This document shows positions 23,868 through 35,933 of a stretch of 64,000 bases of DNA, in pieces. The first letter of the stretch is position 1. The number at the start of each line of letters is the position of its first letter. The stretch covers positions 1,687,185 to 1,751,184 of the forward strand of contig NW_003314277.1 in the NCBI RefSeq assembly GCF_000143415.4, read 5' to 3'. The notes under the pieces were generated by a model that worked only from the letters and a program-made list of their open reading frames with translations, did not search any database and was not told the origin of the DNA. This DNA is from Selaginella moellendorffii. Taxonomy: Eukaryota > Plantae > Lycopodiophyta. The position numbers and the translations under genes were made by a program.

Positions 23868-26800
23868 TGTAAGTGGCTAATTTTTCCCTTTTACTTTAGT
23901 CACTTAACCACACCTCTGACCATTTGGAGGAGTCTCACTCACAACCTCTATAAGTCAAATTCAGGACTTGGGGCTTGCTAACCCCGAGAATAGCATCCAT
24001 GCCACTCACCTTTAGCACTTGGTCCAAGTGCTCTACGTGTTAAATCCCATGACCAACACCCAAAGGTACTACCAATATATCAACCCGTTATGCTAAGGCC
24101 ATGCCCATTCACCTTTGTCACATTAATGGTCAAATACCACTTGCATCACAATCTTGTCTCTCAAAGCCATAATTTTTTATTGGATATCATGCTAAATATA
24201 GCATATATGATCATGGGATGAAATTTGGATATACTGTCACCGTGGATCCTTGGAATCTTGAGGGATAAATGATATACTATGAGGTAGGTAATGCCACCCA
24301 CACTTGGACGGGGAGCATCGGCCACGATCTCCTGGGGGAACTAGAGCCGGCTCTTGAACACTTCACCAAGCTACCCTGCTTGTCGGTCTATATTCACTCT
24401 AGTCTTGGACTTCCCAATGGTTATCCCATCACCCAACACTTAGGAACAGCCTTCCTAGGCCAAACTAGCCTTTCCTGGCCAAACTACAGTCCTCCCCCTC
24501 ACTATACTTTTGGAGCTCACCAAACCCCCTTGGGTCTGGGAGACGAACGCTTTGGGCTTTCACCCTCTCAGACTCGAACTCGGACTCGGACTCGGACTTG
24601 GACTCGGACTCGGACTTGGACTTGGGCTCGGGCTCGGTCTCAGCCTCGGCCTTGGTCTCGGTCTCGGTCTTGGTCCCGGTCTTGATCTCAGTCCCGGTCT
24701 CGGTCTCGGTCTCGGTCTTGGTCTCGGACTCCATCTCGGATTCCATCTCGGGTCCATCTCGGACTCCATCTTAGACTCCATCTCGGGTCCATCTCAGACT
24801 TCATCTCGGGTCCATCTCGGACTCCATTTCGGGTCCATCTCGGACTCTTTCACATGTCATATGTCGGTCCTATTGTGTCCCTTTCCTAGAGACTCATTTA
24901 TCTTTCACTTCGTGCTTGTTCCTCGAGCACTTCGTTGGGAGTTCCACTCCCACTCTCGACTTTTTCAAGTCGGAGCTTTTAGTCCAAACGTGTTACGCTC
25001 GTTTGACTTTTGCTTTGGCCACTACCACGTAGCGCCCTTTCGGCTCCACTTTGGGGCCTAGGGATTTTGTGTCTCACAACTCCACCACCCATAGACGAAG
25101 TTCGATGCCCTCATCAAACGATAGACTATTTCATAAAGTAATACCAACATGTATTACCTTTCCATCCTTGGCACCTCGCCAATATTTGTCAATGGTTTGA
25201 CACCAAAGGCTCACCATGCCTTGTTCACCCTCTAAGGAGCATAGTCTCTCCAACTTAGAGACTCATTTGACACTTGTGGTGGTTCTCTCCTTTTACTAGT
25301 TTAGTTCTTGCTAAACTTGTTAGAGACACCTTCTCTAACTCAATCCCACTACTCATTCTCGGGTAGTCTCACTTTCCATTGATATAACCCTTGCACTTTG
25401 GAACTTTTAATTTTGACTTCTCGAAGTCAATTTCTTGGGTGTCTCTGACACCTTACGTTGCACATGGTGCAACTCCACTTCCCGTCCTAGGAAGTTCTTT
25501 ATTTGAGGGCACCATCATCCTCTCTTCGATATCGTGCCACCTTTGGCACTAAGTTCCAGTTATCGTAATTCGTGCTAGGGTTGTCCATGGCCCTATCATT
25601 TGGCTACTTTACCACTCCATCCCTTGGAGCTTTCATCTTCGCGAAATCGGGACAATTGAGAACCTATCCTTGGAAACACCTTGCCTTCCCATAATCCGTT
25701 AGCGTTCAACATATTAGTGTTCTTGGACTAACTTTGCCATTTGGCTTCTATCCCATGATTCCCATGACCCTTTTCTTAGCCACTAGTCTTTTACTCCTAT
25801 CCTTGATTGTTGCACCACGCAACACAAGATCACCACCTCCATTCTCGAGGTATCCTTTCAATTCCATAGCAAAGACTTTGTTTTGCCAAGTCCAGAGGGT
25901 GTTCACCCCTAGTACGTCTCCTTAGCATTTTTTGCTGTGGGCTCTATCACAGCCCAACTTTGAGACCCTTCCATGGATCTCTTATAGAGACTACTTTCCT
26001 CGGACTTATTATGCTATTGCATTGACATAGCTCATTTCCCTTAGGTGTTTTTCCCACTTTGTCACCTTGACCAAGCCACACCATCATCAATAGTTCCAAT
26101 CAACACTTTGAACTGAGAACTTTATACCTTAACCTCACAAGGACTTTGTCCTTGTTTTAGCCATAAGATCATATAGTGATCTAACTTTGGCACCTTAACA
26201 GGTTTGCCAATAGATATTAGGTCTTTTAGACCTTTAAATTGTTCACCATAACCCCGGGGGCATCCCCCACACTTGGCGGCACACCTAAGCCAACCCTTCC
26301 GGCCAAGGGTCCATAGCAACTGAGACTAGGTGTCCCCATCTCATTCACTACGTCTTTAGTGCCCTTCGCACCAAAGTGTTCAAGTTAGATACGTTAAACC
26401 ACCCTGAGCAATCTAAATGTGCATCACGACTCCGAGGCATCCCTCGCTTGGTGGTGTGCCCAAACCAGTCTCCTCACTGAGAGTCCATGACCACCGAAAA
26501 ATGAGTGTCTTCATATTCCAAACCATCACCACACCTTAGTGATTTGGGACTTGAACCCAAGCACTAGAGGGTCGGGACTCGAACCCAACCTCCGTATATG
26601 CATTTACAGACGGCATTACACAGGATGCTTAGCGTGACTCCCCACGCTGGTGCACCAACTTATACTTAAAGCGCACTACAGATCACAGCTTAGGAACCTA
26701 ATTCCTCCGCACTGCCAAGTCCTCTGTAGCGCACCTTATCTCTCTCCCCTTAAGCCAACTGGAAAAGGGGCAATTGCTTGATGAGAGAGCCCTTACATTT

Positions 26801-27577
26801 ATCCCCCAAGGTTCCAAAGATCCACGGTGACAGTATATCCAAATCTCATCCCATGATCACATACGCTACATCCTCTCACTTGACATGTCTGTGATCATGC
26901 ATGGACTCCTCCATGCTCGGCCCCATAGGCCACCCTTTTGAAGTTGGCTCCTTCAACTAAGGTATTCGTTCCCCCGATTTGCCAATCTCATTTAGCAAGT
27001 CATTCGGCCACCGTTACATGGTTCATGCATAAGCGTGAAAGTCCTTAACCATTGACTTTCGTTCAAAGCCCTCTCTTTGAACACTCAAGAACTACTTCCC
27101 CAACCTTGATAGCCTCGCCTCATGGCAAGCTTCAAGACCACGCTTCTGTTGCGCCACTCTGATTTTGCGCGTTCTATAAACCATTTACCCTTGGCTAACT
27201 AGGTACTTATCTACTTAGGGGAACGTTCAAGGAACTCTATTTCTTAGTTTGCTAAGGTTTCTCCTTTCGCAAACTTCCCAATTATCATATAGTTCTACAT
27301 GGACAATCCCATGCTTTAGACTCTCTATGGCATCCCAGTCACTAGTAACAACATGCTTGAACACCCACTTAATTCTCCACTCCCAACTTGCATAACCACC
27401 CTTGATCATGCCTGTCAATTCCTATAGTTCGGTTCTATCCCTTTATTACTTGCCTTTTGGCCTCATACATTTTCTTCCGTTATTCTCCTCCAAACTAGGA
27501 AGATAGCTTTGCACTTTCTACCATGCCTTGACAAGTATTCATAGGGATGAACCTACCTGACAGCCTAGGGAGTAGTG
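23868..27577 (-). mobile_element. LTR-1 family element E: 3' LTR (23868-25078), PPT and truncated internal region
   Basis: LTR termini match copy B. ACTCCACCACCC at 25079 is the reverse complement of the PPT. Confidence 0.85.
26725..26870 (-). repeat. LTR-3 family short solo LTR (146 bp)
   Basis: Inverted termini TGTAGCG...CGCTACA and a perfect TSD TCCTC. Absent from the homologous site in element C (~19003). Confidence 0.9.
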
Positions 27578-30440
27578 TCAACTATCAACTATTAGATGAT
27601 AGAATAAAAAAAAAAAGCAGTGAAGAAAGCAGAGACCTTAGCAAGTTTGTCTAACAGGGAGGTAATCGAGAAAGATGCAGATCAAAAGAAAGCAGTGAAG
27701 AAAGCAGCTAAGAAGAAAGCAAACGATCACCTCTACAATATCTCAGTGGAGGAAGTGGTGATGGCAAAGAGTGTTGTGAAGTAGAAGTGCATTGTGTGCC
27801 ATCCTTGAGGCACACCTTCTTGTGTTTAGGTGCTCACTTTCAGCATTTATCAGTGACCGCACAGGAGTATAGCACCATATTGACTTGGAGCCAAGAGTTT
27901 CTTCTATCACTTGGCCGATTATATGCATGACACGAGACAAACGTGAAATTGTAAACTCCATGGTCGAGGATCTTCTTCAGCAAGGGATGATCTTTGAGAA
28001 CACTAGTGCGTTTGCATCCCCGGTGCTTCTAGTTTTGAAGAAGGATGGCACATGGCAACTGTGCGTGGATTATCGAGTGCTGAATAAGGGACAATGTCAT
28101 GCTAAGTTTTTCAGCAAGATAGATTATCAGATCAGGGTGGCAGCTGCAGGTCAACATAAAACAACATTTTGGACACACAGGGGGCTTTTTGAATTTGTGT
28201 AATGCCTTTTGGCTTGTCTAATGCCCCTGCTACCTTTCAGGCCACATTCCTCTTCAAGTTCGTTGTAGTTTTCTTTGATGATAGACTTATCTGTTCTTGG
28301 CACAGATGTTCTTCAGCTATTCTTGGCATATCTCAACCGTATTACTAATAGCACTTATTTGGATCAGCCATCAACTACCCGTTGGAAACTTTGAAACCCC
28401 AGATGTGTGATCTCAGTTATACCGAAGTTACACTTGGATAATTTTGCCACCATGCCATGCTGTTTGAGTACAAGTGGCTTGAACCTTCATCATTGAAGCA
28501 ACTTCAAGCATTTTTGGGCTTTGCTAACTACCTTCGCAAGTTTGTGCAGCACTTTACATCAATAGTAGCTCCTCTTACAGATATCATTCACTCATCCAAC
28601 TTCTCTTGGTTTGAAGCTGCTCAAAGTTCATTTCAAGCCTTGAAGGAACAAATTCTAGCAGCTCCAGCCTCGCTCTTCTAGATTTTTCAAAGGAGTTCAT
28701 CGTGGAAATTGATGCTTTGGACGTGGGAGTGGGAGGTATACAACTTACAGTTTATTGCCTTTGAGAGTCGCTGATTTTCTCTTGTGGAATCCCGCATGGC
28801 CGTCTATGAACAAGAGATGACAACGGTGCTTCATGTTATTCGAAAGTGGCACCACTATCTTTCTTTGTGTCACTTTTGCCTACGTGTTGATCATCTTAGT
28901 CTATGTTTTCTTTTGGACTAGAATCATCTCCAACAAGAAGCAACGTCATTGGATTGAGGATCTCCAATCACTTGACTTTACCATTGAGTATAAGCCAGGT
29001 AATTTCAACATCATTCCTAACGCATTTTCTTGCATGTTTGCAAAACCAAAAGGATCTGCAATGTATGATGTTTCCCGCCAGCAACCCGAGTTTCTGCAGG
29101 CAATTCGGGATACATATCTTGAGGATCCAACTCTTGCCTCTGCTTGTCAGACGTTATCTGCTGGCAACCCGTATCCAAAGTTCATACTAGATGACGGTCT
29201 CTTATGGCGGAAAAGATGCCCAGTTTTGAGTGGCAGACATGACCTCCAACGTCAAGTTTTTCGTGAATGCCATTCTAGTTTTGTTGCAGGTCATCCAGGC
29301 GGGAATGCAGAAGAGAAGCGGGTTTTCGGTGATCAAAACCAGGTGATCAAAACCCAGGTGATCAAACCCAGGTGATCTCGGTGATCAAAACCATGTTTTA
29401 TTGGAAGGGGATCCAGAAGGAGGTGAAGTGATGGGTTTGTGAATGCTTGGTGTGTCAGCAGACAAAGCATGAGACGGTTCCAAATCCAGGGTTGCTTCAT
29501 CCTCTTCTTCGCTAATGGCCCATTTGACAGCATTAGTATGGATTTCTTCATGGGATTGCCATTGGTTCGGATCGCTTCTCCAAAGTTGGTCGTTTTATTC
29601 CCAACAAAATCAACAGCGTCAGCTAAGGATATTGCAGAGCTTTTCTGCTCTGAAGTTGTTTGTTTCCATGGATTGCCTCGCAAGATTGTTTCAGACAGGG
29701 ATCCAAAGTTTCTCAGTGTCTCTGGCACCAACTCTTCCAGTCTATGGGCGTCAAGCTTTCCTTCAGTTCAGCATCCCACCCTCAGTTAGATGGGCAAACT
29801 GAAAGGACAAATCAAACACATATTTACGCAGCTACACTCTGGACTGTCCATCCTCATGGCTCAGGTGGCTTCCTTTTGCGGAGTTCGCTTAAACACTTCT
29901 TGCCATGCTACTTTGGGAGTTTCACCTTATTCAGTGTTCTATGGACAACAAGTACACAAGTTTCCTTTTCCTTCTGCAGAATGTACAGAACCATCGGTGA
30001 CTGAGTATCTCCAGACACTCTTAACTTGATCCATCAACGTCTCGGGACACTATGAAAGGATATGCTGATCAACACTGCTCTACACGGACTTTTGAGGTGG
30101 GAGACTATGCCTACATTCGTTTTCGGCCACAGCAATACACTCTGGGTCGGAGAGAATCACCACGATTGAAGTTTCATCCACGATCTTTTGGTCCATCGTT
30201 GTTCAAGAAAAGATCAACGAGGTGGCATTCTGTTTGAAGCTTCTGGCCTCTGTGTCCTTCTGCTTCAGTCCACTTCCAGAAGTTTTGTTTGAGGATAAAC
30301 AGTTGTTGGCTCCAGAGCAGATCCTGCAGGTTGATGTACACCAACTTCGGCATCGTGTAGTTCCTTGTTTCCTCGTCCAGTGGCAAGGTACTAGCACTGA
30401 GACAGACTCATGGATCTCTCCAAATCCAGGACCTCTTCCA

Positions 30441-30675
30441 TGTTGAAAAATGGATCTGGACAAGCCGGGGATTGAAACCCAGGACCTCCTACACCAATGT
30501 CAAGTGCTCTACCACTGAGCTACCTGCCCTGGTTGTGTGCATGTTCAGCTTAGTTCTAACACTCCCCCATAATCTGAACATGCCACACATCCTGGTTGTG
30601 CCCCCCTAAGCTGCACACGCCACGCCACACATCCCTACCTGCCCAGTCCATGCCTACCACAGCTTAGTTCTAACA
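30441..30675 (-). mobile_element. Miniature LTR element (TRIM-like) with a tRNA-derived LTR
   Basis: Perfect TSD TTCCA (30436-30440 / 30676-30680). TGTTAGAACTAAGCTG occurs at 30675 and again at 30561. PPT GGGGGAG at 30562-30568. The LTR at 30441-30561 ends TCAACA. Confidence 0.85.
30457..30529 (-). ncRNA. tRNA-like sequence inside the TRIM LTR (not a functional tRNA)
   Basis: GGGCAGG TA GCTCAGTGGTAGAGC A CTTGACATTGGTGTAGGAG GTC CTGGGTTTCAATCCCCGG CTTGTCC A. The acceptor, D and T stems pair, and A-box/B-box-like motifs are present. The anticodon arm is non-canonical. Confidence 0.8.
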
Positions 30676-31164
30676 TTCCAGTGGAACCCGGTGTTTCTGA
30701 GGACAGAGTTCAGTCTCTACATGTGAGGGGGTGATGTTAGGAATTGGTTCACACTAGGACAGTATGGATAAAGCGGGACAAGGCGAGTGTACAGTAGGTT
30801 CTTCTTTCTATGTCTTATTTCTCTTCTTTTCCTTCCTTTTTGATTGGTCAATTGTATCGATATGTTTTGATCATATTCTGCCACGCCCAGAAGGGTATGT
30901 TCGACCGCTTAAGTATGCCATGGATGGTATATGGTCTTCTTCAAGTTTTTGTAAGCAGGTATTCCTGTGCCGCTCACAATGACGTTCTGGCAGCCACGAA
31001 AGCTGGCGATACATAACCTGCCATGGTAATCTGCAAAACGAAACAAAAGTAAAGCGAAACAATCTTCCTCACAACCCACCTTTGGATCCATGTCTGGTGT
31101 AGCTCGAAACCATCCAACTACCGTTACGAGGCGCCGATCCTTCCCAGCATCCGACCAGCATTCC

Positions 31165-31270
31165 CCAGATCGTCGCCTCTGAAGTTAGGCTGGCCAGGAA
31201 GGTGGACTACTTCATCAGCTTCGGGATGCAAAGGAGCGAGGTCCGGCTGATGTTTCGAAAGAATCCATGA
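31165..31270 (+). pseudogene. mTERF gene fragment
   Basis: KVDYFISFGMQRSEVRLMFRKNP* closely matches KVDYFVSLGMQRSKVRLMLRKNP at ~63240-63310. Confidence 0.75.
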
Positions 31271-31373
31271 AGAACGTCGCTGGGACGCATCTGGGCATCC
31301 CTGGCATCGCACCAGCGCGCAAAGATTGGCGAGATTCTGCAGGAACTCGCCGGCGACTTCTACGCTTGTGCTC

Positions 31374-32859
31374 ATGCCGACATTCGAGTTTGCCCACGAA
31401 AGCCCTATACCTAAATTTCCCACGAACCCTATAGGGCGTGCGCATATGTGAGTTTTACATCTGCAATCGTTAGCAATGAATTTTTCTGGTTCTTACAGGG
31501 AGGATTTAAGCGACGAACTCCTACTCTTAATTTTTCTGCATCTGGGGATTGCAGACTTGTTTCGTGCGCAATATGTTTGCAACAAATGGCACACCTTAAT
31601 TCTAGCCAATTTGGAACAATATTTACAAGCTTATGGTCCATGGGTACTCATGGCTAACACTGAAGGTAAGAGAAATGCTTTGTTCATAGCAATTTCTTTT
31701 TTAAAAAAAAAAAAAATCAGGTTCTGAGGCCATTGTTTGGTTCCCTTTATTTGGGAGCCAAGCAAAAGTCTCTAGTAATGATCTCCACTTGAGCAAATTC
31801 TCTAGCATTGTGGCTTCTTACAAGGGCCTAGTGTGCAATCGACTCTACCATGAAGTTGAGACACTTCTAGCTCTCGTGGTTGGGAACCCCATTACAAACG
31901 AATGGAAACAGCTTCCAATTGTGATGGCAAGATCCAATGATCCCAGTTCTGACTGTAAGTTTTCAAGCAACGCATTCGAGGTGGAAATACAGGTGGACAG
32001 TGATGGCCACTACAGGGTTCTAGCCATTCCAGATACCGGCATAGCTGCATTCTGGGATGATGCACTAGAATATGACTCAAGAACGGATTGTTGGGACCGT
32101 TTGTTCCCAAAGGAGGGCCCCCAGGCAGAAAGATGGCAGAGGTTTCTATCACTGGGGCACACATTTCATACAACATGGTATTTATTGCTAGAGGTGATGC
32201 ATGGGTGCCGCTATTGGAGATTTTTGCTGCCACCAGTAGGTGGAGTAGATCCAGACATGCCTTGGGCAACATCAGATCCCCTGTCACCAGTTGAGTTTTA
32301 CTATTGGGCTGGCAAAGTTTTGAAAAACTGCTGTGCTAGCAGTGATATGGATTATGTTCTGTGGGTTGCTACAAAGCGGAAACGGCAGGAACCTAAACTA
32401 GTTATGGGATTTGTCATCTACAAGCTCTACCTTGACAAGCTGGACAATGCAGAGATTGCAAATGCAATGGTCTCTTATAAATCTGAAGAAGCATGGGAGT
32501 TTGTAACTGAAGTGGATGTCAAGCATCTGTATGGAGAAGGCTGGGATAGCCAAGGTGAAATGTCTAGAGATTGCCCTGATCCTGGCTTTCGTTACTACTG
32601 GATTGGGGATTTGGTTTGCATCATAAGGATTTCTAAGAATTGGTTGCCAGTTGCATTTAATTTGGCTACATGGGAATGGATCAAGCCAAATGTGGACATC
32701 TCAGAAAATTTTAAAGGAATGTCTGTGTTTATGCCATCCAGAATATTACAGGTTGGTGAAGCAACATCCTCTCAATCAAGTTATTATATTTATAATGATC
32801 TTGAGGAAGATTATCAACACCAATCTAAACTTCATGCTTCACCAAACTATATAAAATAA
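31374..32859 (+). CDS. F-box protein (exons ~31374-31447, 31499-31665, 31721-32859)
   Basis: F-box motif EDLSDELLLLIFLHLGIADLFRAQYVCNKW followed by VASYKGLVC...VVGNPITNEWKQLP. GT-AG introns keep the frame. The start exon is inferred. Confidence 0.85.
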
Positions 32860-34529
32860 TTCTTTTAATTGTTTTTCTTACTGCATAGAACGTTTTCCAG
32901 AGTCAGTCCTTACTCTCAAATTTCATCACGATCCTTAGAGCATCAGGCATCGATGAACACAACATTCCCCTTTCTGGCCAGGAAAAGTTACGGGGATGCA
33001 AGGTCCAAAAGATGGTCAGCCTCAACATCGACAGAGGATCAACTTGAGCTTGCTACCCGGCATGCCTGATCGCTGGAGACCGTGAGACAACTAAGTTCAT
33101 ATAGATTCTATATTCATGCCATGATTTGGTGCCACTGTTTCTTGCCAATTATCCACTATTTTCAACACTTATGAAAGTAGTTTGTAAATTTAATTGGCCA
33201 AAACAGTGGAAAGGGACATAAATAGAATATGGGGCACCTGATCTAAGCCTTTTATCCACAGCACTTTAACATGAAATAAGGTGCAACTTAGTCTGGTTTT
33301 TGAAGTTTTGATTTTCTTGTTTATTTTTTCAACACCATCTCTAGAGAGAGCCTTACAAGAAAGTAATTTTGTTTTATAAGCAATTGTTTAAGACAATGGG
33401 GGACATTGATATTTTAGATGTCTAAGAAAATGGCACAAACAGAGCTTGCAGTATTGCTAAGGATGTAATACATTAATTGGAAACTTAGAACCTCCATAAG
33501 GTTCAAACATTTAGCTCGGATGAATATTTTAAGCCTTCTTATGTTCCTTCAAGCTTTGTTTAACCAATGGAGCATGAGATGGGGTATATTAGACATTTAT
33601 TTGAATATTCATTGCATGTCATTTGAATTTTTTACACAAAATTGTTTGAGGTTTGAGCAACATGAAAATTAAATACATAGATATACCACTTTTATATATA
33701 CTTTGCCATAGGTAAAAATAAAAAAACCTTCTAACTATCTTGCTTCTCCCAAAATTATGAAAATTTTTAATCGGGCTTTTATAACAATACCTTTTAAACT
33801 TAGATTTATCAATGAATAGCTAAAACTAATGGCATTCCATTTAAAAATTCTATTATTACCACACTATCTATAGTGCCTTCAATGAGAAAACTAGCTCTCA
33901 AGAAATTACAGATGGCAATCCTCCATTTAATTTAGATTGCAAAGTGTTGCTTTTGGTGTTAATGTGAATAGGTTAAAGTTTTTGATAACTTATTTGGCAA
34001 GTAATTATAATTAATGTTAGTTTTAGATTAAGAACACTAAATTTAGTAAAATCTAAATTAATTTTTAAATTTAACTAATTAAAAAGGAGCATAGGTTATA
34101 GAGTTTTATATGTATAGACTAGAAAATATGATGTAAAATTTCTGTTTTTCCTTTCATGAGGTCCTTATAAAGTTGTGAGATGTTTGATCAGTGTTTCATG
34201 ATATATAGTTGGCTATTAATATCAAAATATGAATTAGGAATTTTTAATTTTATGATTTTGATTTATTTTAATTCTCAACTTGGTGTTGGATTTAATCTTG
34301 TTTAGTACAAGTCCTGAAATACAAATAAAGTGGAGATTTTAATAAAATTCTCTTGATATCTCATCAGGTCTTATACCTTTTTCGATTTGGTGGGATATTA
34401 TTGCAATTTTGTCTATAATTTTGCAAGAATTTCTCTTCTATTTATTGAGTTAACGAAGAGTAGTATATTGTTTCATTGGACACCAACTTGTCAATGTGCT
34501 TTTATATAGTTGAAGGAAATCTTGACTAC

Positions 34530-35504
34530 GGTTCATATTCTCGAGATCTTAAATCTTGATAAACCTTTTGAAGTGCATTATGATGTATTTGGCTATGCTA
34601 TATTGTTGTTATAGCAAGATTGTGACAGTGTGGTTGGTGTTCCATTAAAGCGACACAGTTGTCCCATGCGTTCTATTCCAAGAAATTGGATGAAACCTAA
34701 TGAAAATGGTCAACGCACGAAAAAGAGATGTTTGCTATAGTGTTAGCATTGGAACATTGGAGGCACTATTTGGGAACACACTAAGCTATTTTGCTATATA
34801 GCTTAAGTTTATTTTGAAGTAGGCTCATTGGCAAGAGAAGCTTACTAAATTTGATATTGAAATCATCTATAAACCTAGTAAAGACAATATTGTTCCAGAT
34901 GCATTGAGTCGTCAAGCTCAGTTCTGGGCAATATCGGCAATTAGTTCAGATTGGTTGGAGGACATTTGGGTTTCGTATGGAAGTGATCCATTGGCAAATG
35001 TAATTTTGCACTATGTGGTGTTATTGAAGCAGAACTTTGGTAGTGAAGTGGCAAAAGTTGTTAGTCGTGCCAATTCGAAATTTCACTTCTCAATTTGGGA
35101 TGGGTTTACTTTCTGTAAGCAAAAAAGATTATATCTTCCCTCTAAGGATTTGCAATAATTGTTTCTATAGGAACATCATGATGTTTTAGCAGCAAGACAT
35201 GGTGGAAAATGAAAGATTCTTGCTTCATTGAAAAAGGGATTTTTCTAGTCTAGTATGGAAGGTAATGTAGCAAATTATGTCCGTTCCTGCTCTATATACC
35301 TCTAAATAACCTATCTCTTTAAGTAATTAGATAACTTCTTTGTATTACCTATACTATAATGTTAAAGCAGGTTGGAAAGTTGCAATGCACTCTAGCACTA
35401 GCATGGCCATTTCAGAATATAACACTTGATTTCGTCACTTGCTTGTTGAAGTCTAAATGTTATGATATTTTGATGATGGTTGTGGATCGATTGTTGAAGA
35501 TTGT
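34530..35504 (+). mobile_element. Old gypsy relic: RNaseH and integrase N-terminus
   Basis: DKPFEVHYD, HEKEMFAIVLALEHWRHYL, NIVPDALSR, QNITLDFVT..MVVDRLLK, with many stops. Confidence 0.8.
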
Positions 35505-35933
35505 TGTAGTGCACTTTATCTCTCTCCCTTTAAACCAACTGGAAAAAGAGCAATTGCTTAATAAGAGAGCCTTAGTCCTTAGTGGCTATTTTATCCCTAT
35601 TTATCCCCCAAGGTTCTAAGGATTCACAGTGATAATATATCTAAATCTCATCCCATGATCACATGCGCTACACTCACCCCCCCCCCTTCAGAGATGTCAA
35701 TGTCCTTATTGACTATTAATTAACAACCCCTAGGGGAACCCCCTTCAGAGATGTCAATGTCCTCATTGACTATTAATTAACAACCCCTACTGAGCCAAGA
35801 GGAATTAGCACTTCCATTTCCGCACTGAATCTACCAATCCTTCTATTGTGTAGACCAATTATTCCATGTGAGGCAACTAGTCATCCACCTGTACCGTAGT
35901 CCCATAGTGGATACTTTCGTCTGTGGATGCTCC
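35505..35933 (-). mobile_element. LTR-3 family 3' LTR (35505-35672) with PPT and adjacent internal sequence
   Basis: Homologous to 26725-26870. Followed by CTCACCCCCCCCCC, the reverse complement of a PPT. A ~57-bp tandem duplication lies at ~35683-35790. Confidence 0.8.

Larger units (their letters stand above)
27600..30860 (+). mobile_element. Degenerate Ty3/gypsy element (same family as 4500-8333)
   Basis: SPVLLVLKKDGTWQLCVDYRVLN, FLGFANYLRKF, ECHSSFVAGHPG, ISMDFFMGLP, SDRDPKF, HPQLDGQTERTNQ, chromodomain-like FLVQWQG..TDSW. PPT GAGGGGG then TGTTAGG at ~30735. Confidence 0.9.

Noticed and set aside
23868-25078. Copy E as the 5' LTR of element C
   Set aside because: There is no PBS at its left flank, and it has its own PPT and internal region on the right, so it is a separate 3' LTR.
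30457-30529. Functional tRNA gene
   Set aside because: The anticodon arm lacks a 7-nt loop, the T loop is altered, and the sequence lies inside a TSD-flanked element.
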